A stretch of 64,000 nt of DNA from Malacoraja senta (Eukaryota), in assembly GCA_038087875.1 (NCBI GenBank), contig CM075989.1, forward strand, positions 22,694,001 to 22,758,000. The letters run 5' to 3'. Both the position numbers and the translations under genes were made by a program. Positions 36,169 through 49,415 of the stretch are shown one piece after another. Numbering within the stretch: position 1 is the first letter of the stretch; every line of letters begins with the position of its first letter. The notes under the pieces were generated by a model. That model made no database searches and had not been told where the DNA came from. It was given only the letters and a program-made list of their open reading frames with translations.

Positions 36169-39059
36169 TAAAACAGAAAGAAATTGCCCGAGTCACATCA
36201 GTATCTCTAATCCATGACAAACATGACATAATTAGCATATTTGATACCGGATTTGCAAGCTTTAAAATCAATCTCCACTTGTAGCTTCAATGTTTTAACA
36301 TAGGAATTAGTCCCAAGATGATTTATATCAGGAAACAGGTAAGAAACAAAAACAGAGACAGGACACAATTGCACCAAACTTTGGATCACTCAACAACGAC
36401 AGCACAGTGCCCACACTTAGGGTGGCGCAGCGGTAGAGTTGCTGCCTCATGGCGCCAGAGACCCCGGTTCAATCCTGACCTTGGGTGCTGACTGTGCGGA
36501 GTTTGTACGTTCTCCCTGTGACCGTGTGGGTTTCCTCCCTCATTTCAATGACGTACAGGTTCGTAGGTTAAGTGGCTTCTGTAAATTGCCCCTAGTGTGT
36601 CGGATGTGAAAGTGAGATAAGATAGAACTAGTGTATGGATGGCCGATGGACTTAGTGAGCCAAAGGGCCTGTTTCCACATTGTATCTCTAAACGCTATAA
36701 CTCTAAACTCTAAACAAGAGCCACATCCTACATGGTGGTGTGAAGGAAATTTGGACACATAAGATGATAAAAAGGTAAATTGCTGCAAATTGGAAAATTA
36801 AATACTCCAGATTCTCTACTCAAAATAACCAATGTATTTATCTTAACAATGCAACTGACATTTTCTTCAGCTAAAATCAATAGGAATTTGCAAGTGACTG
36901 TATATTCCCATTGATTTTTTCCTTAGGGAAAGTAAAGTAAAAAGAATTCTCCCAAGCATGGGGAGATGAACTTCTCCACGATGGAAAGTTAAATCAACTT
37001 TCTCCTATTTCAAATAGACAGCGGTAGAGTTGCTGCCTCACAGCGCCAGAGACCCGGGTTCGATCCTGGCTACGGGTGCTGTCTGTACGGAGTTTTACGT
37101 TCTCCCCGTGACCGTGTGGGTTTCCTGCAAGATCTTCGGTTTCCCCCCACACGACAAAGACGTACAGGTTTGCGGGTAATAGGCTGGGTAAAAAAATGTG
37201 AACTGTCCCTAGTGTGCGTAGGATAATGTTAATATGCGGTGATCGCTGGGCGGCGTGCACTTGGTGGGACGAAGGGCCTGTTTCCGCTCTGTATCTCTAA
37301 CCTAATAAACTAAACTAAACTAAACTAAATGCACAAGTGTTAGCAGCTGTAATCGCTAACACAGTTACATAGGTCTGGATAATCAGAAGGATATCCTGAG
37401 GAATAGACTCCAAGCATTCACCTTATCTATGTCTCTCGTGGTTTTATAAATGTCTACAAGGTTAACCCTCATGCTCCTGCACTCCGGGGGACAAAGTCCC
37501 AACCTATCCAGGGTGGCGCAGCGGTAGAGTTGCTGCCTCACAGCGACAGAGACCCGGGTTCAGTCCGGACTACGGGTGCTGTCCGTGCAGAGTTTGCACG
37601 TTCTCCCCGTGACCATGTGGGATTTCTCCGGCTGCTCCGGTTTCCCCCAACATTCCAAAGATGTGCAGATTTGTAGGTTAATTGGCTTCCGTAATTTGTC
37701 TCTAATGTGCAGGGTAGAACTATTGTACGGGTGATCGCTGGTCGGTGCCACGCCGGCACTATCCTACACACTAGGGACAACGTACCATTTACAGGAGCCA
37801 ATTAATCAACATTGGAGTGCGGAAGGAAACCGGAGCACCCGGAGAAAACCCACGCAGGTCACAGCAAGAACGTGCAAACTCTGTGCAGACAGCGCCTGTG
37901 GTCAGGATCGAACCCGGGTCTCTGGCGCTGTGAGGCAGCAACTCTACCGCTGCGTCACCGTGCCGTTTTACGGTGAACTGATGCAGGCGAGGAGATGAAG
38001 CCAGCACAGATCAGGTTGTTTGGACAGGCGCTGAGATATCTGGTGGCCCGCTCCCTCTCCTGTCCTCTTGTTCCTCAGTTTCCACTTTGGTCAGTTCATG
38101 TGAAGGATTCAAACAAGCTTGGTCTCCCCGACCACAAACATTGCTTTAGTCACGGTGGAATGTTGGAAATCTGCCCCGAGTGTTTATCTTGAAATGAGTT
38201 CCAATGAAACCTCTTTTGGAATCTCAGAAACGTCAGCGGGGACCGTGGCAATGAGCCCCACCGCAGCAGCCCTCATGCCTTGCCTGTTTTCTTTACGCAT
38301 AGTTCAGGCTTTCAATGTCACCGCTGAGGCTCACAAAACCTTGCCTTATGCAGCCGTTTCAATGATAAGCAATCGGGCGTGACAGAGGGGAGAGAGTCCA
38401 CTTACACCATCGCTGGCAATGGTTGACAGAATGAAGGAGGGGGGGGCCCAAATGGGGGACGCCAAGAATAAAGGGGGGTGGAATCGTGGGTGGGGGAGGA
38501 GAAGCACTGAAAATGAAGTGGAGACCCAGCGGGGGGGAAGGGGGGGGGGGTGGCTGCTGCCATGTAGACGATAGGACTGCTCGAACAGTTTGTAACTTTG
38601 TCGGCACCAAAACGTGGCGACTCTTGACGAGACGCCTGCCATGTAATTCTACCGAAGAAAGACACAAAGTGCTGGAGTAACTCAGCGGGTCAGGCAGCAT
38701 CTCTGGAGGGAAGGAATGGGAAACGTCACCCATCTTTGTTTATCCAGAGATGCTGCTTGACCCACTGAGTTACTCCAGCACGTTGGTCTATCCACCTATC
38801 ACTCGCCAGGCTTAGTCCCGCTCCCATCTCTCTTCTGCCTTTCTCCTCCCTGCTACTGTCAATGTGAAGTAGGGTCCCGGCCCATTGACTGTCCATGTCC
38901 TCCAGAGATGCTGCCTGATCATTTAGTTCCTCCAGCAACTTGTGTCCACCTTTCACTGAGCCTAGTTTATTGATCATGGGCTATCTTTCCTTAATTGTTG
39001 ACTATTGAATAACTACATGTGATTCAAAGTTACATGTATTAATTTATTACGACTTCAGA

Positions 39060-39710
39060 ATGGCACGGTGGTGCAGCGGTAGTTTAGTTTATTTTAGTTT
39101 AGTTTAGAGATACAGCGCAGAAAAAGGCCCTTCAGCCCACCGAGTCCGCACCAACCAGCGATCCCCACACATTAACACTATCCTACACACACTAGGGACA
39201 ATTTACATTTACACCAAGCCTATTAACCTACATATCTGCACGTCTTTGGAGAGTGGGAGGAAACCAAAGATCTCGGAGAAAACCCACCAGGTCACGGGGA
39301 GAACGTACAAACTCCGTACAGACAGCACCCGTAGTCGGGATTGAACCTGGGTCTCCGGCGCTGCAAGCGCTGTAAGGCAACAACTCTACCGCTGCGCCAA
39401 CGTGCCACCCAGTTGCTGCCTTACAGCGCTAAAGACCCGGTTTCGATCCTGACTACAGGTGCTTGTCTGTGTGGAGTTTGTACCTTCTCCCCGTGACCTG
39501 CGTGGGTTTTTCTCCAAAAACGGTGGTTTCCACCCACATTCCAAAAATGTACGGGCTTGTACAGTAGGTTAATTGACTTGATAGAAATATAAAAATTGTC
39601 CCTAGTGTAGGATAGTGTCAGTGTGCGGGGATCGCTGGTCGGCGCGGACTCGTAGGGCCTGATTCCGCGCTGTATCTCGAAACTAAAACTAAATTAACTA
39701 AAAACTAAAA
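39060..39710. mobile_element. Minus-strand V-SINE nested inside a plus-strand V-SINE
   Basis: Plus head to 39081, inverted full copy to 39410, plus copy resumes at agttgctgcc. Confidence 0.85.
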
Positions 39711-40239
39711 TCCTGAACGTTGATTGAAGAGTGTGATGGAAAAGTTCAAAATATCACTGGAGAATTGTTCATGTTGTATGTTGCTGTTTGATTAAACTGT
39801 GGGTACTTGACGTACTTATTACCGAGGTACGGATTTGAGCAGTAGTCTACAATTTCCAAGATCTGTCTGACAGCCTCATCTATAACCATAGATATCAAGG
39901 GGGTAACAATTACTTGATTAATCAAACATTAATTGACTACAGCTGTAGACAATTAAAATTTTATTACAAAATTACTTTTAAAATGTGCCATCCTTTTCTC
40001 TCCCACGCTCCCTTCTCTGCAAGACAATTCTCCCCCTACAGTTTTCACGCCATTTGTAAATAAAAATGTTGATCATCGTGTCATTAGGATTATATTAAAA
40101 TAGTTACATTTTTCAAACCAATTATATAATATTAAAATAAGACAGGCATTCAGGAAGTAAGTTAATGTCCTGAATGCAATAAAAGAGCAGACATTGTTGA
40201 TATCACCACAGACTCACCAATGGAACACAATTATTGCCC

Positions 40240-40503
40240 GAGCCAGCTGCCTGCCCCTTTGTCCGCACCCGGGGTTATGTCCGCACCCGGGTGATACTAG
40301 AAAGATACTACGCGCTGTCCACGGGCATCCTGAGGGATTTCCGGGTGTTGAATGTATCCTGGACAAGGATTGTAATATAGTTTTTAGTAGTTTACTTTGT
40401 ATATTTGTTTGTCTTGTACTATGGTGGTGGGTTCTGTTTTGTTTTATTGTGTTGTAAATATTATTTTTATATTTGAATAAATATTTTTGATTTAAAAAAA
40501 AAA
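40240..40503 (+). mobile_element. Tx1/L1-clade LINE extreme 3' fragment with polyA tail
   Basis: CLPL..GYVRTRVILERYYALSTGILRDFR..GVECILDKDCNIVF, T-rich UTR, AATAAA, A10; flanked by degenerate ~21-bp direct repeat. Confidence 0.65.
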
Positions 40504-41287
40504 TGGAACAAAATTATGGCCCTAACTGATTATTTAAATACTGTGGTAATTTTTGAAGACTGTTTAGGGTTCACTTAATATCACATTTTGCAGGTCTGTC
40601 AGTCTCCTAAACACTATAAACCACAAAAAACATAGAAAATAGGTGCAAGAGTAGGCCATTCAGCCCTTTGGGCCAGCACCGCCATTCACTGTGATCATGG
40701 CTGATCATCCAAAATCAGTACCCCTTTCCTGCTTTTTCCCCATTAATGTATCAGCCTCCACCACCACCTCCAGCAGTGAACCCACCTGCGTAAATGAGTG
40801 ATAATGGAATTGCCCCATAGAAATATGAATGTCCAATACAGCCCAACATCTTCAGGCAGAAGCTAATAATGGCTGCTCCATGCATCAACCAAAGGCCAGT
40901 GGCATTTATAGTTAATCATACACTCCCTCCATACAAGATAGCGTCATAGCATCATACAACATGGAAACAGGCCCTTCGGCCCAACATGCCCACACTAACC
41001 AACATGCCCCATCTACACCAGTCCCACCTACCTGCGTTTGCCCCATATCCCTCTAAACCTGTCCTATCCATGTACTGTACCTGTCTAAATGCTTCTTAAA
41101 CATTGCGATAGTCCCTGCAGTCATCAGCCATACTTTAATATTTTCTCTCCAGATGTGATTCATATTTACTTATTTTCATTCATTCAAAATTTGAAATATA
41201 ACTTGCAATTTAATAATATCTTATTACACAATAACTACATTGGGGTGCCCTGAAAAAAAACTATCATTATATTAAAATTAGCAGCCA

Positions 41288-41908
41288 CCGGGTGGCGCCC
41301 ACAATGGCCTCCTCACCAACAGTCTGTCATCCATTCCTTCTTTGTGCTTTATAGTATGTGTTAAATGTATGTTTTAGTGTTCTTTAGCTTGTTTTATGTT
41401 GGGGGGGCGGGGGGGGGGGTTGGTTGGGCGAAACTTTTTATAATCTCTTACCTCGACGGAGATGTGATTATTTTCCGTATCGTATTCCAGTCCACACTGC
41501 GGCCTGACATCGTGGAGCTGGCGACCTCTGTTGGGGATCGACCTTGGATCTCCAACCGCGGGAGCCTGCGGACTTTAACATCGTGGAGCTCGAGGTCCCT
41601 GGTTAGAGACCGACTTCGGGAGCTCCAAGCCGCAGGAGCTTCGACCGCCCCAACGCGGGGGCTCCGATCGCCAGCTGCGGATGGTTCGACTGCCCCGACC
41701 ACGGGAGAATAAAGAGGGAAGAAGATTAGACTTTATTACCTTCCATCACAGTGAGGAATGTGGGGAATCTGCTGTGGTGGATGTTTGTGGTAACTTTTAT
41801 GTAGTTGTGTGTCTTGTTGCTTTTGTTTAAGTGCGGCTGTATGGTAATTCGAGTTTCACTGAACCTTAATTGGTACACGTGACAATAAAATAGCCTTTGC
41901 ACCTTTGA
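41288..41908 (+). mobile_element. ~620-bp non-coding retroposon with Rex1/Babar-type tail
   Basis: GC head, T-rich block, G-run, ccatcacagtgagga block, ggtacacgtgacaataaa tail. Confidence 0.6.
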
Positions 41909-44047
41909 AAATGTTATTTTTTGAACATCTGTAGATGAGACCTAACCCAAAACATCATCTGTCCATATTCTCCAGAGGTGCTGCCTGACTCGCTGAGTTA
42001 TTCCAGCACTTTGGGTTTTTTTTGTACATTCACATCTGCAGTTCCTTGTGTTACTCTTGTGTGTTTTAATATTCCTCTGCTTGTTTTTATTTTCTACGCA
42101 TGTAATATTTAGAGTCACAGAATTAGTCGTAGAGTTGAGCAGCAGGAAAACAGGCCGTGTTGACCAAGATGCCCCTTCGACACCAGTCCCTCCTACTCAC
42201 ATCTCTATAAACCATCACTATCCATGTACCTATCCAGTGTGAAAAAAGGTTTTGCTACTTATATAAGGTAATTGTTGATCTCAAAGCATAAAAGAATATT
42301 TCTGGCAATTTCTAGAAACCTGTTATTCAAAAACCATGCATTTCTCAATCCTTCATTTTAGCTTAGAGATACGGGATCTCCAGCCCACCGAGTCCGCGCC
42401 GACCAGCGATCCCCGCACATTAACACTACCCTACACACACGAGGGACAATTTTACATTCAACCCAAGCCAATTAACCTACAAACCCGTACGTCTTTGGAG
42501 TGTGGGAGGAAACCGAAGATCTTGGAGAAAACCCACGCAGGTCACGGGGAGAACGTACAAACTCCGACAGACAGCACCCGTAGTCAGGATCGAACCCGGG
42601 ACTCTGGCGCTGTGAGGCAGCAACTCTACCGCTGCCACCCGATCCTGATAAATGTCAGTATTTTTGCTGGTTGCAGATATATAATTAGGTTTGAAAGTTT
42701 AATCTGATGGATATTCTGCTCTACAAACCAACAGGTTTACTAATCACCGACTGAGCATTTCTGCTCAATTAGAACAGCAAGAAATTTAATCGGGCAAAAA
42801 TCTTATTTTATCATTTCATATCTTTTGATATCCTCGACTTGCTTCAGTCTGTGCACACCCTGATGTAATGTGACAACATATTTAATACTCAGAACAAAAG
42901 TGTATTTGAGATGTACCAGAGATGATCAGCCTGAAGAAGGGTCTCGACCAGAAACGTCACCCATTCCTTCTCTCCAGAGATGCTGCCTGTCGTGCTGAGT
43001 TACTCCAGCGTTTTGTGTCCATTTATGATCTGAAAATAGTTAGGATTGATGGAATCAAGTTTAATTTTAAAAAAACATTTCATCTCCTTTCTAACACAGA
43101 TTCATGCTTCAGAATAGAATTCAGTGTGTAATCAAATCCAAGTTCCTATAGCTCCTTTATAAAAGACAAGCATTGCATAAGATTTGGGAGTTATTTGGGC
43201 ATTATTCTTAATTTTAAATATATATTGGCACAGCGATAGAGTTGCTGCCTCATAGCGCCAGAGACCCGGGTTTGATCCAGACTACAGGTGCCCGTCCGTA
43301 CGGAGTTTGTACGTGACATGCGTGGGTTTTCTCCGGGTGCTCCACACTCCAAAGATGTACAGGTTTGTCGGTTAATTGGCTTGGTATCAAATGTAAATTG
43401 TCCTTACTAGAATAGTGCTAGTGTGCAGGGATCACTGGTCGGCGCGGACTCGGTGGGCCGAAGGTCCTGTTTCTGCGCTGTATCTCTAAACTACACCAAA
43501 TTAAAAAGTCAAATTTCTCACAATATATTTGAGAAAAAAAACAAGCGTTGCATAAGATCATGGTGTTATTTAGCCAGTATTCTTAATCTTAAATAAATAT
43601 CATCATCTTGCTCCTGGGAAAATTGAGCATTCAGCCAGGAATATCAGCTCTGGCTCGCAGCAGGATTGCTGATGTTGGATAAAGGAACAGAAATCCTCAG
43701 TAGATTTTGATTGTCTTAGCTTACAACCGATAAGGCACTCAAGATGCAAAAACTGTCTCTTTTAATTTCTCTTGCATTTAGAAACATCCCACCTCTCTGT
43801 GTACAGATGTTTTGATTAGCAACTGCACTTAAGCTGGTCAGATCCTTGGATTAATGATGGATAATTTGCCGCAGGTTGGTACAGCAAAGACTCAGCACTC
43901 CATAACGCCCGTCCCTGCTGCCATCTGGGCCCAAGCAGCTGTTCCGATTAGTTTCTGTGCCCAGATGTGTCATATGAGACATCTCCGTTAATGCACAGCG
44001 GCACTGCTACTCTGTAGTGTACATCATACTGTTTGGCAGCTAATTAC

Positions 44048-44072
44048 TTTGATGGTGTGTAGAGGAGAGAAG
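44048..44072 (-). CDS. 25-nt coding micro-exon (S-FSPLHTIK)
   Basis: atgcag acceptor, AAA|gtaatt donor; phase 2->0 exactly bridges the flanking exons. Confidence 0.65.
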
Positions 44073-44645
44073 CTGCATTTTGTAAAGAGGACTCTTACAA
44101 ACAGCACTACGCCACCTGTCACTGTGGAGCCCTGTGTTACGTGATTGATGTCATTTGACCACCAGCCTTCCCAACAAACATCCAGATGACACAAGTTCAA
44201 ACAAATTTTGTTCAAAGCAATGTCTGAATTAACCTGTTAACTTTGAAGCAACTTATCCGAGGTTTGTTTGAGTTCTTACGTTTAACTTAAACGCTCATAA
44301 AAGAACAGCCTTTGACTAAAGCAGAGACATAAAATTAGCTTCAGTTTTGGCTAGATGTAGTTATTTAATAAATCAAAGTGTTTGCTGCAGTTTATATTGC
44401 ATTTGTGCAAAATGTTAAACTCACCATAATCTTTCATATTTCAGGAAACTTAACACGATAGTGTAGGAATTTGATTAGAATTTTCTCTATTTTACTACCA
44501 CTCAGTTAACACATGACTATGTCTACAATATCCATTTTTAATTCAATATGCACTTGAATATCTTTCCACTGAATCTTTGCAGCCTTTTTTCACAGTGTCA
44601 ACATCGAATAGAATTGGCTCCAGATTTAAATCCAGTGCGGTAAAG

Positions 44646-44955
44646 GTTTAGTTTAGTTTAGAGATACAGCAATGGAAACAGGCCCTTCGGCCCACCGAGT
44701 CCGTGCCGACCAACGATCCCCACACTATACTGCACACACTAGGGACAATATACATTTACACCAAGCCAATTAACCTACAAACCTGTACGTCTTTAGAGTG
44801 TGGAAGGAAACTGAAGATCTCGGAGAAAAACCAGGCAGGTCACAGGGAGAACGTACAAACTCTGTACAGACAGCACCCGTAGTCGGGATCGAACCCGGGT
44901 CTCTGGTGCTGAAAGTGCTCTAAGGCAGCAACTCTACCGCTGCGCCACTGTGCTG
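44646..44955 (-). mobile_element. tRNA-derived V-SINE; about 40 copies/fragments in window (e.g. near 3148, 4880, 8188, 9249, 13580, 16415, 20232, 20945, 24561, 34048, 36420, 37020, 37510, 42357, 43225, 46232, 47670, 51538, 53508, 55372, 58052, 61612, 63005)
   Basis: Recurring gacagcacccgtagtcaggatcgaacccgggtctctggcgctg core on either strand. Confidence 0.9.
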
Positions 44956-45179
44956 AGCAAGAATACAAACCTGCCACCTCCTGAGTAAAACCTTTCACTT
45001 TATTCTCCAGATAGAATAACTAGTGCCTGCAGCATTGCTCTCGCTGTGCTTGGAGAATTACACATTACTCCAAGTCTAGCTTTTAAAAATTGTGGGTACA
45101 TTGAGACTGATTAACAGCAAGGATATTCAACAGGCTGTGATGTTCAATCAAATCTACAGGTGTGTTAATCAAGTAGGTA

Positions 45180-46180
45180 ATAATAATAATAATAATAATA
45201 AGAATAGATTTTATTTATATAGCGCTTTTCAGGACTCAAAGTCGCTTTACAATTGAGAGTCAAGAATAAACAAAACAAAATAGAGCAGTAAGACAGAGAT
45301 GCAAAGGGGAGGGGAACATGGGACTAAGGATATGCAGAGGTGAAGAGATGGGTCTTGAGGCGGGACTGGAAGATGGTGAGGGACTCAGAATTTCGGACCG
45401 GTTGTGGGAGGGAATTCCAGAGCCTGGGAGCTGCCCTGGAGAAGGCTCTGCCTCCAAAAGTGCAGAGGTTTGATTTCGGAGTGGAGAGGAGACCAGCTGA
45501 TGTGGATCTGAGGGACCATGAGGGTTGGTAGGGGGAGAGGAGGTCAGTGAGATAAGGGGGGGCCAGGTTGTTGAGGGCTTTGTAGGTGAGGACCAGGATT
45601 TTGTAGGTGATCCGGTGGGAAATGGGAAGCCAGTGAAGTTCTTTGAGAACTGGGGTGATGTGGTGCCAGGATTTGGTGTGGGTAATGAGTCGAGCGGCTG
45701 CATTTTGGACCAGTTGGAGTCGTTTGATGCTGCTGGAATTGATTCCGAAAAGAAGAGAGTTACAGTAGTCCAGTCGGGAGGAGATGAAGGCATGGATGAG
45801 TCTTTCAGCAGCGGGGGGTGTGAGAGACTATCTGATTTTTGCAATGTTGCGGAGGTGAAAAAATGATGTTTTGACAACATGGCGGATGTGAGGCTCAAGG
45901 GAGAGGGTTGAGTCAAAGATCACGCCAAGGTTGCGTGCCTGAGGAGATGGGGAGACAGTGGTGCCGTCGATAGTGAGAGTGGGGTTGTTAATTTTAGTGA
46001 GTGTTGATTTGGTGAGCCAATGAGGAGAAATTCTGTTTTGCTACTGTTTAATTTAAGGAAGTTGAGTTGCATCCAAGATTTGATGGCTGATAGGCAGGAG
46101 TTGATATGGGAGAGAGGGGGGTGGTGGGGGGACTTGGTGCTGAGATAGATCTGGGTGTCATCAGCATAGCAGTAGTTCAC
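45180..46180 (-). mobile_element. L2-clade LINE 3' fragment (degenerate RT C-terminus)
   Basis: YCYADDTQIYLS...KLNSSKTEFLLIG in ORF 45920..46180; frameshifts; (tat)n tail. Confidence 0.85.
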
Positions 46181-46547
46181 AACAGGGTATTTCTTCCCTT
46201 TGGTGGGATATCATGATATTTTAAAATGTTTTTTATAGATACAGTGTGGAGACAGGCCCTTCAGCCAACGAGTCCGTACAGACCATCGATGACCCAAACA
46301 CTAGTTCTATGAATATCCCACACAATGTGGGAGGAGACTGGAGCACCCGGAGAAAACCCACGTGGTCACAGGGACAATGTACAAACTCCGTACAGACCGT
46401 GCCCGAGGTCAGGATCGAACCCGTGTCTCTGGTGCTGTAAGGCAGCAATTCTATCGCTGTGCCACCTCGCCTCCCATAGATTTCTCCAATTTCAAGTGAC
46501 CACTGCACTCCCTCTATCTCCGCCCCTCCCTCACCCTGGTCGACTAA

Positions 46548-47040
46548 ATAGGCAATAGACAATAGGTGCAGGAGTAGGCCATTCGTCCCTTAGAGCCAGC
46601 ACCGCCATTCATTGTGATCATGGCTGATCATCCACAATCTGTACCCCGTTCCTGCCTTCTCCCCATATCCCCTGACTCCGCTATCTTTAAGAGCCCTATC
46701 TAGCTCTCTCTTGAAAGTATCCAGAGAACCAGCCTCCTCCGCACTCTGAGGCAGAGAATTCCACCACTCTCTGTGTGAAAAAGTGTTTCCTCATCTCCGT
46801 TCTAAATGGCTTATCTCTTATTCTTAAACTGTGGCCCCTGGTTCTGGACTCCCCCAACATCGGGAACATGTTTCCTGCCTCTAGCATGTCCAAACTCGTA
46901 ATAATCTTATATGTTTTAATAAGATATCCCCTCATCCTTCTAAATTCCAGAATGTACAAGCCCAGCCGCTCCATTCTCTCAGCATATGACAGTCCCGCCA
47001 TCCCGGGAATTAACCTTGTGAACCTACGCTGCTACTCCCT
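46548..47040 (-). mobile_element. CR1 LINE 3' fragment
   Basis: ORF 46696..47001 GLSYAERMERLGLY...TRGHSL; (ctattgt)n tail. Confidence 0.85.
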
Positions 47041-47882
47041 CAATAGACTTGCTAGTTTCACTGCTCGTAACCCTTCCTTATCACCTCCTCCGCAGCCAAC
47101 ACTGGATCATTGTGGGCTCCACCTTTCCTTGGCTCTGGTTTGTTCTGTACCTATTCATACCTCTAGTTTCCCTCTCCCTGACTCTCAGTCTGAAGAAGGG
47201 TCTCGACCCGAAATGTCACCTCTTCCTTCTCTCCAGAGATGCTGCCTGTCCCGCTGAGTTACTCCCGCACTTTGTGCCTACCTTCGGTGTAAACCAGCAT
47301 CTGCAGTTCCCTCTGACAAATCCAACTCAAGTGTTACCCCCGAGAGCTTACAGGGAAATGCCAGCCATTTGTCAAAGACATATTCACTCAATGGAATGAA
47401 CATAATTCATAACAGACAGACAGCTTGTGGGAGAGTGATTTATTTATTGTTTCTCCAGTAATACGTTCAAAACAGAAAGTTGTGTTACATGAAAGCAATT
47501 CACAGTTTGTGCAAGAAGATCAAATCCGAATGAATTGAACAAAAAAAAAACACACAAAAAATATTCAAACTGCTCGGCAATTGTGTAACATCTGTGGAAA
47601 AAGGGAAGTAGACTTAATCTCAGGTCAATGGGCTTTCTGTCAAAGAGAAATACCAGTCACGAGAAATACTGGGTGGCACGGTGGCGCACTGGTAGATTCG
47701 CTACCTTACAGCGCCAGAGACCCGGGTTCGATCCTGACTACGGGCGCTGTCTGTACGGAGTTTGTACGTTCTCCCCGTGACCAGCGTGAGTTCTCCCCGA
47801 GATATTCAGTTTCCTCCCACACTGCAAAGACGTACAGGTTTGTAGGATAATTGGCTTGGTATGAATGTAAATTGTCCCCAGT

Positions 47883-48291
47883 CATGACTGACCATGGGTG
47901 ATGTGTGGTCGGATGCAAGCCTGGGGGATCGATGTCATATGGAGGACAGGCTGTTGCCCATGCAGCACGTCCCCCCTCTCCACGTCGCTGATCGATCCAA
48001 AGGAACAGCAGGGCCGTTACAGTTTGGCACCAGCGCCGTCGCAGGAGCTGCCAGAGCGAGGTTGTAGACAACGACGAACTCCCTTAGGGGCTCCGACTCC
48101 GGATTTTCTTGAGATTTACTCCAGGAGCCTTTTCCATGACTGGATATGGCCACAAGGCAGTGGAGGTTTTAAATCAGAGTTTTCCCTCTCCTTGATGGAC
48201 CGCCTTCCCAGGCTGACGAGCCCCATCTGCCCGAGACTCGTGGGGGTGGGAGCGTCTACCTTCCCGTGCAGGTCTATAGCACCTTCCCACA
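47883..48291 (-). mobile_element. Non-coding element resembling an RTE-clade 5' UTR, inserted in a SINE
   Basis: ggagagggaaaactctgatttaaaacc motif on the minus strand; ccagt on both flanks; SINE resumes after it. Confidence 0.5.
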
Positions 48292-48884
48292 GCCAGTGTG
48301 AGTAGGACAATCTTAATGTGCAGGGATCGCTGGTCGGTGCGGACTCGGTGGGTCGAAGGACCTGTTTTTGCACTGTATCTCTAAACTATACTAAACTAAA
48401 GCTTTTTTTAAAGTCCTTCCTAGGAAATAGACATCATAGAAACATAGAAAAATAGCAGTAGGCCGTTTGGCCCCTTTGAGCCAGCACCACCATTCAATAT
48501 GATCATGGCTGATCATCTAAAATCAGTATCCCGTTCCTGCTTTTTCCCCATATTCATTGATTCCTGTAGCCCTAAGAGCTAAATCCAAATGTATCTATCT
48601 AAAGTAGCATCCAGTTGCATTGAGGCGGTGTGGGCCAGTGAATCATACCCATGTTTTATGGACATTTAGGATTTTATTAGTGGCAGCTTTCGTCTGGTCC
48701 GAATGAAGGCAGGAATGGAAACAAATAAAGGAGAATAACACGGGGTCTCAGTGTTTGCACAAATGAGACGATGAAAATCTGGTACACAGAGCCAGCAGGT
48801 GTGAACATGTCGTTCAACAAAACCTGAGATGATTCCCTTCACAAGAGCGGGAAAATACTGATTGACCACAAAGAGTGGACACAG

Positions 48885-49415
48885 GAGAATCTCGCTGAAC
48901 AGTCCACCTTGGTCTACGCGATCTCCCGGTTGCCAAACACTACAACTGCCCCTCCCATTCCCACACTGACATCTCTGTCCTGGGCCTCCTTCACTATCAG
49001 AGTGAGGCCCAGCGTAAATTGGAGGAACAGCTCAGAGCCCAGCGGTATGAATATTGATTTCTCTAACTTCAAGTAACCCCCTTGCATCCCCCCTCTCTCT
49101 CTCTCTCTCTGTCCCTCCCTCACCCTAGTCATCGTACTAGTTTCACTGTCGTCCTGTTGAGTTTTACCATCTGTATAACTGGTTATCACCTTCTCCACAG
49201 CCAACAATGGACCATTGTGGGCTCCACCTATCCTTGATCATCATGGCTGGTTTAATTTGACCTTTTGACATAACTTTCATTCATTTGTTCCATGAAGCTT
49301 TTCATTTCTCTTATTTCCCTCTCCCCTGGCTCTCAGTCTGAGAAGGGTCTCGACCCATAACGTCACGATAATATTCCTTCTCTCCAGAGATGCTGCCTGA
49401 CCCGCTGAGTTACTC
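48885..49415 (+). mobile_element. Penelope-like element 3' fragment: GIY-YIG endonuclease C-terminus, 3' UTR and hammerhead remnant
   Basis: Translates DLPVAKHYNCPSHSHTDISVLGLLHYQSEAQRKLEEQ...PSGMNIDFSNFK* (stop 49074-49076); ctg-agaagggtctcgaccc at 49338. Confidence 0.8.
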
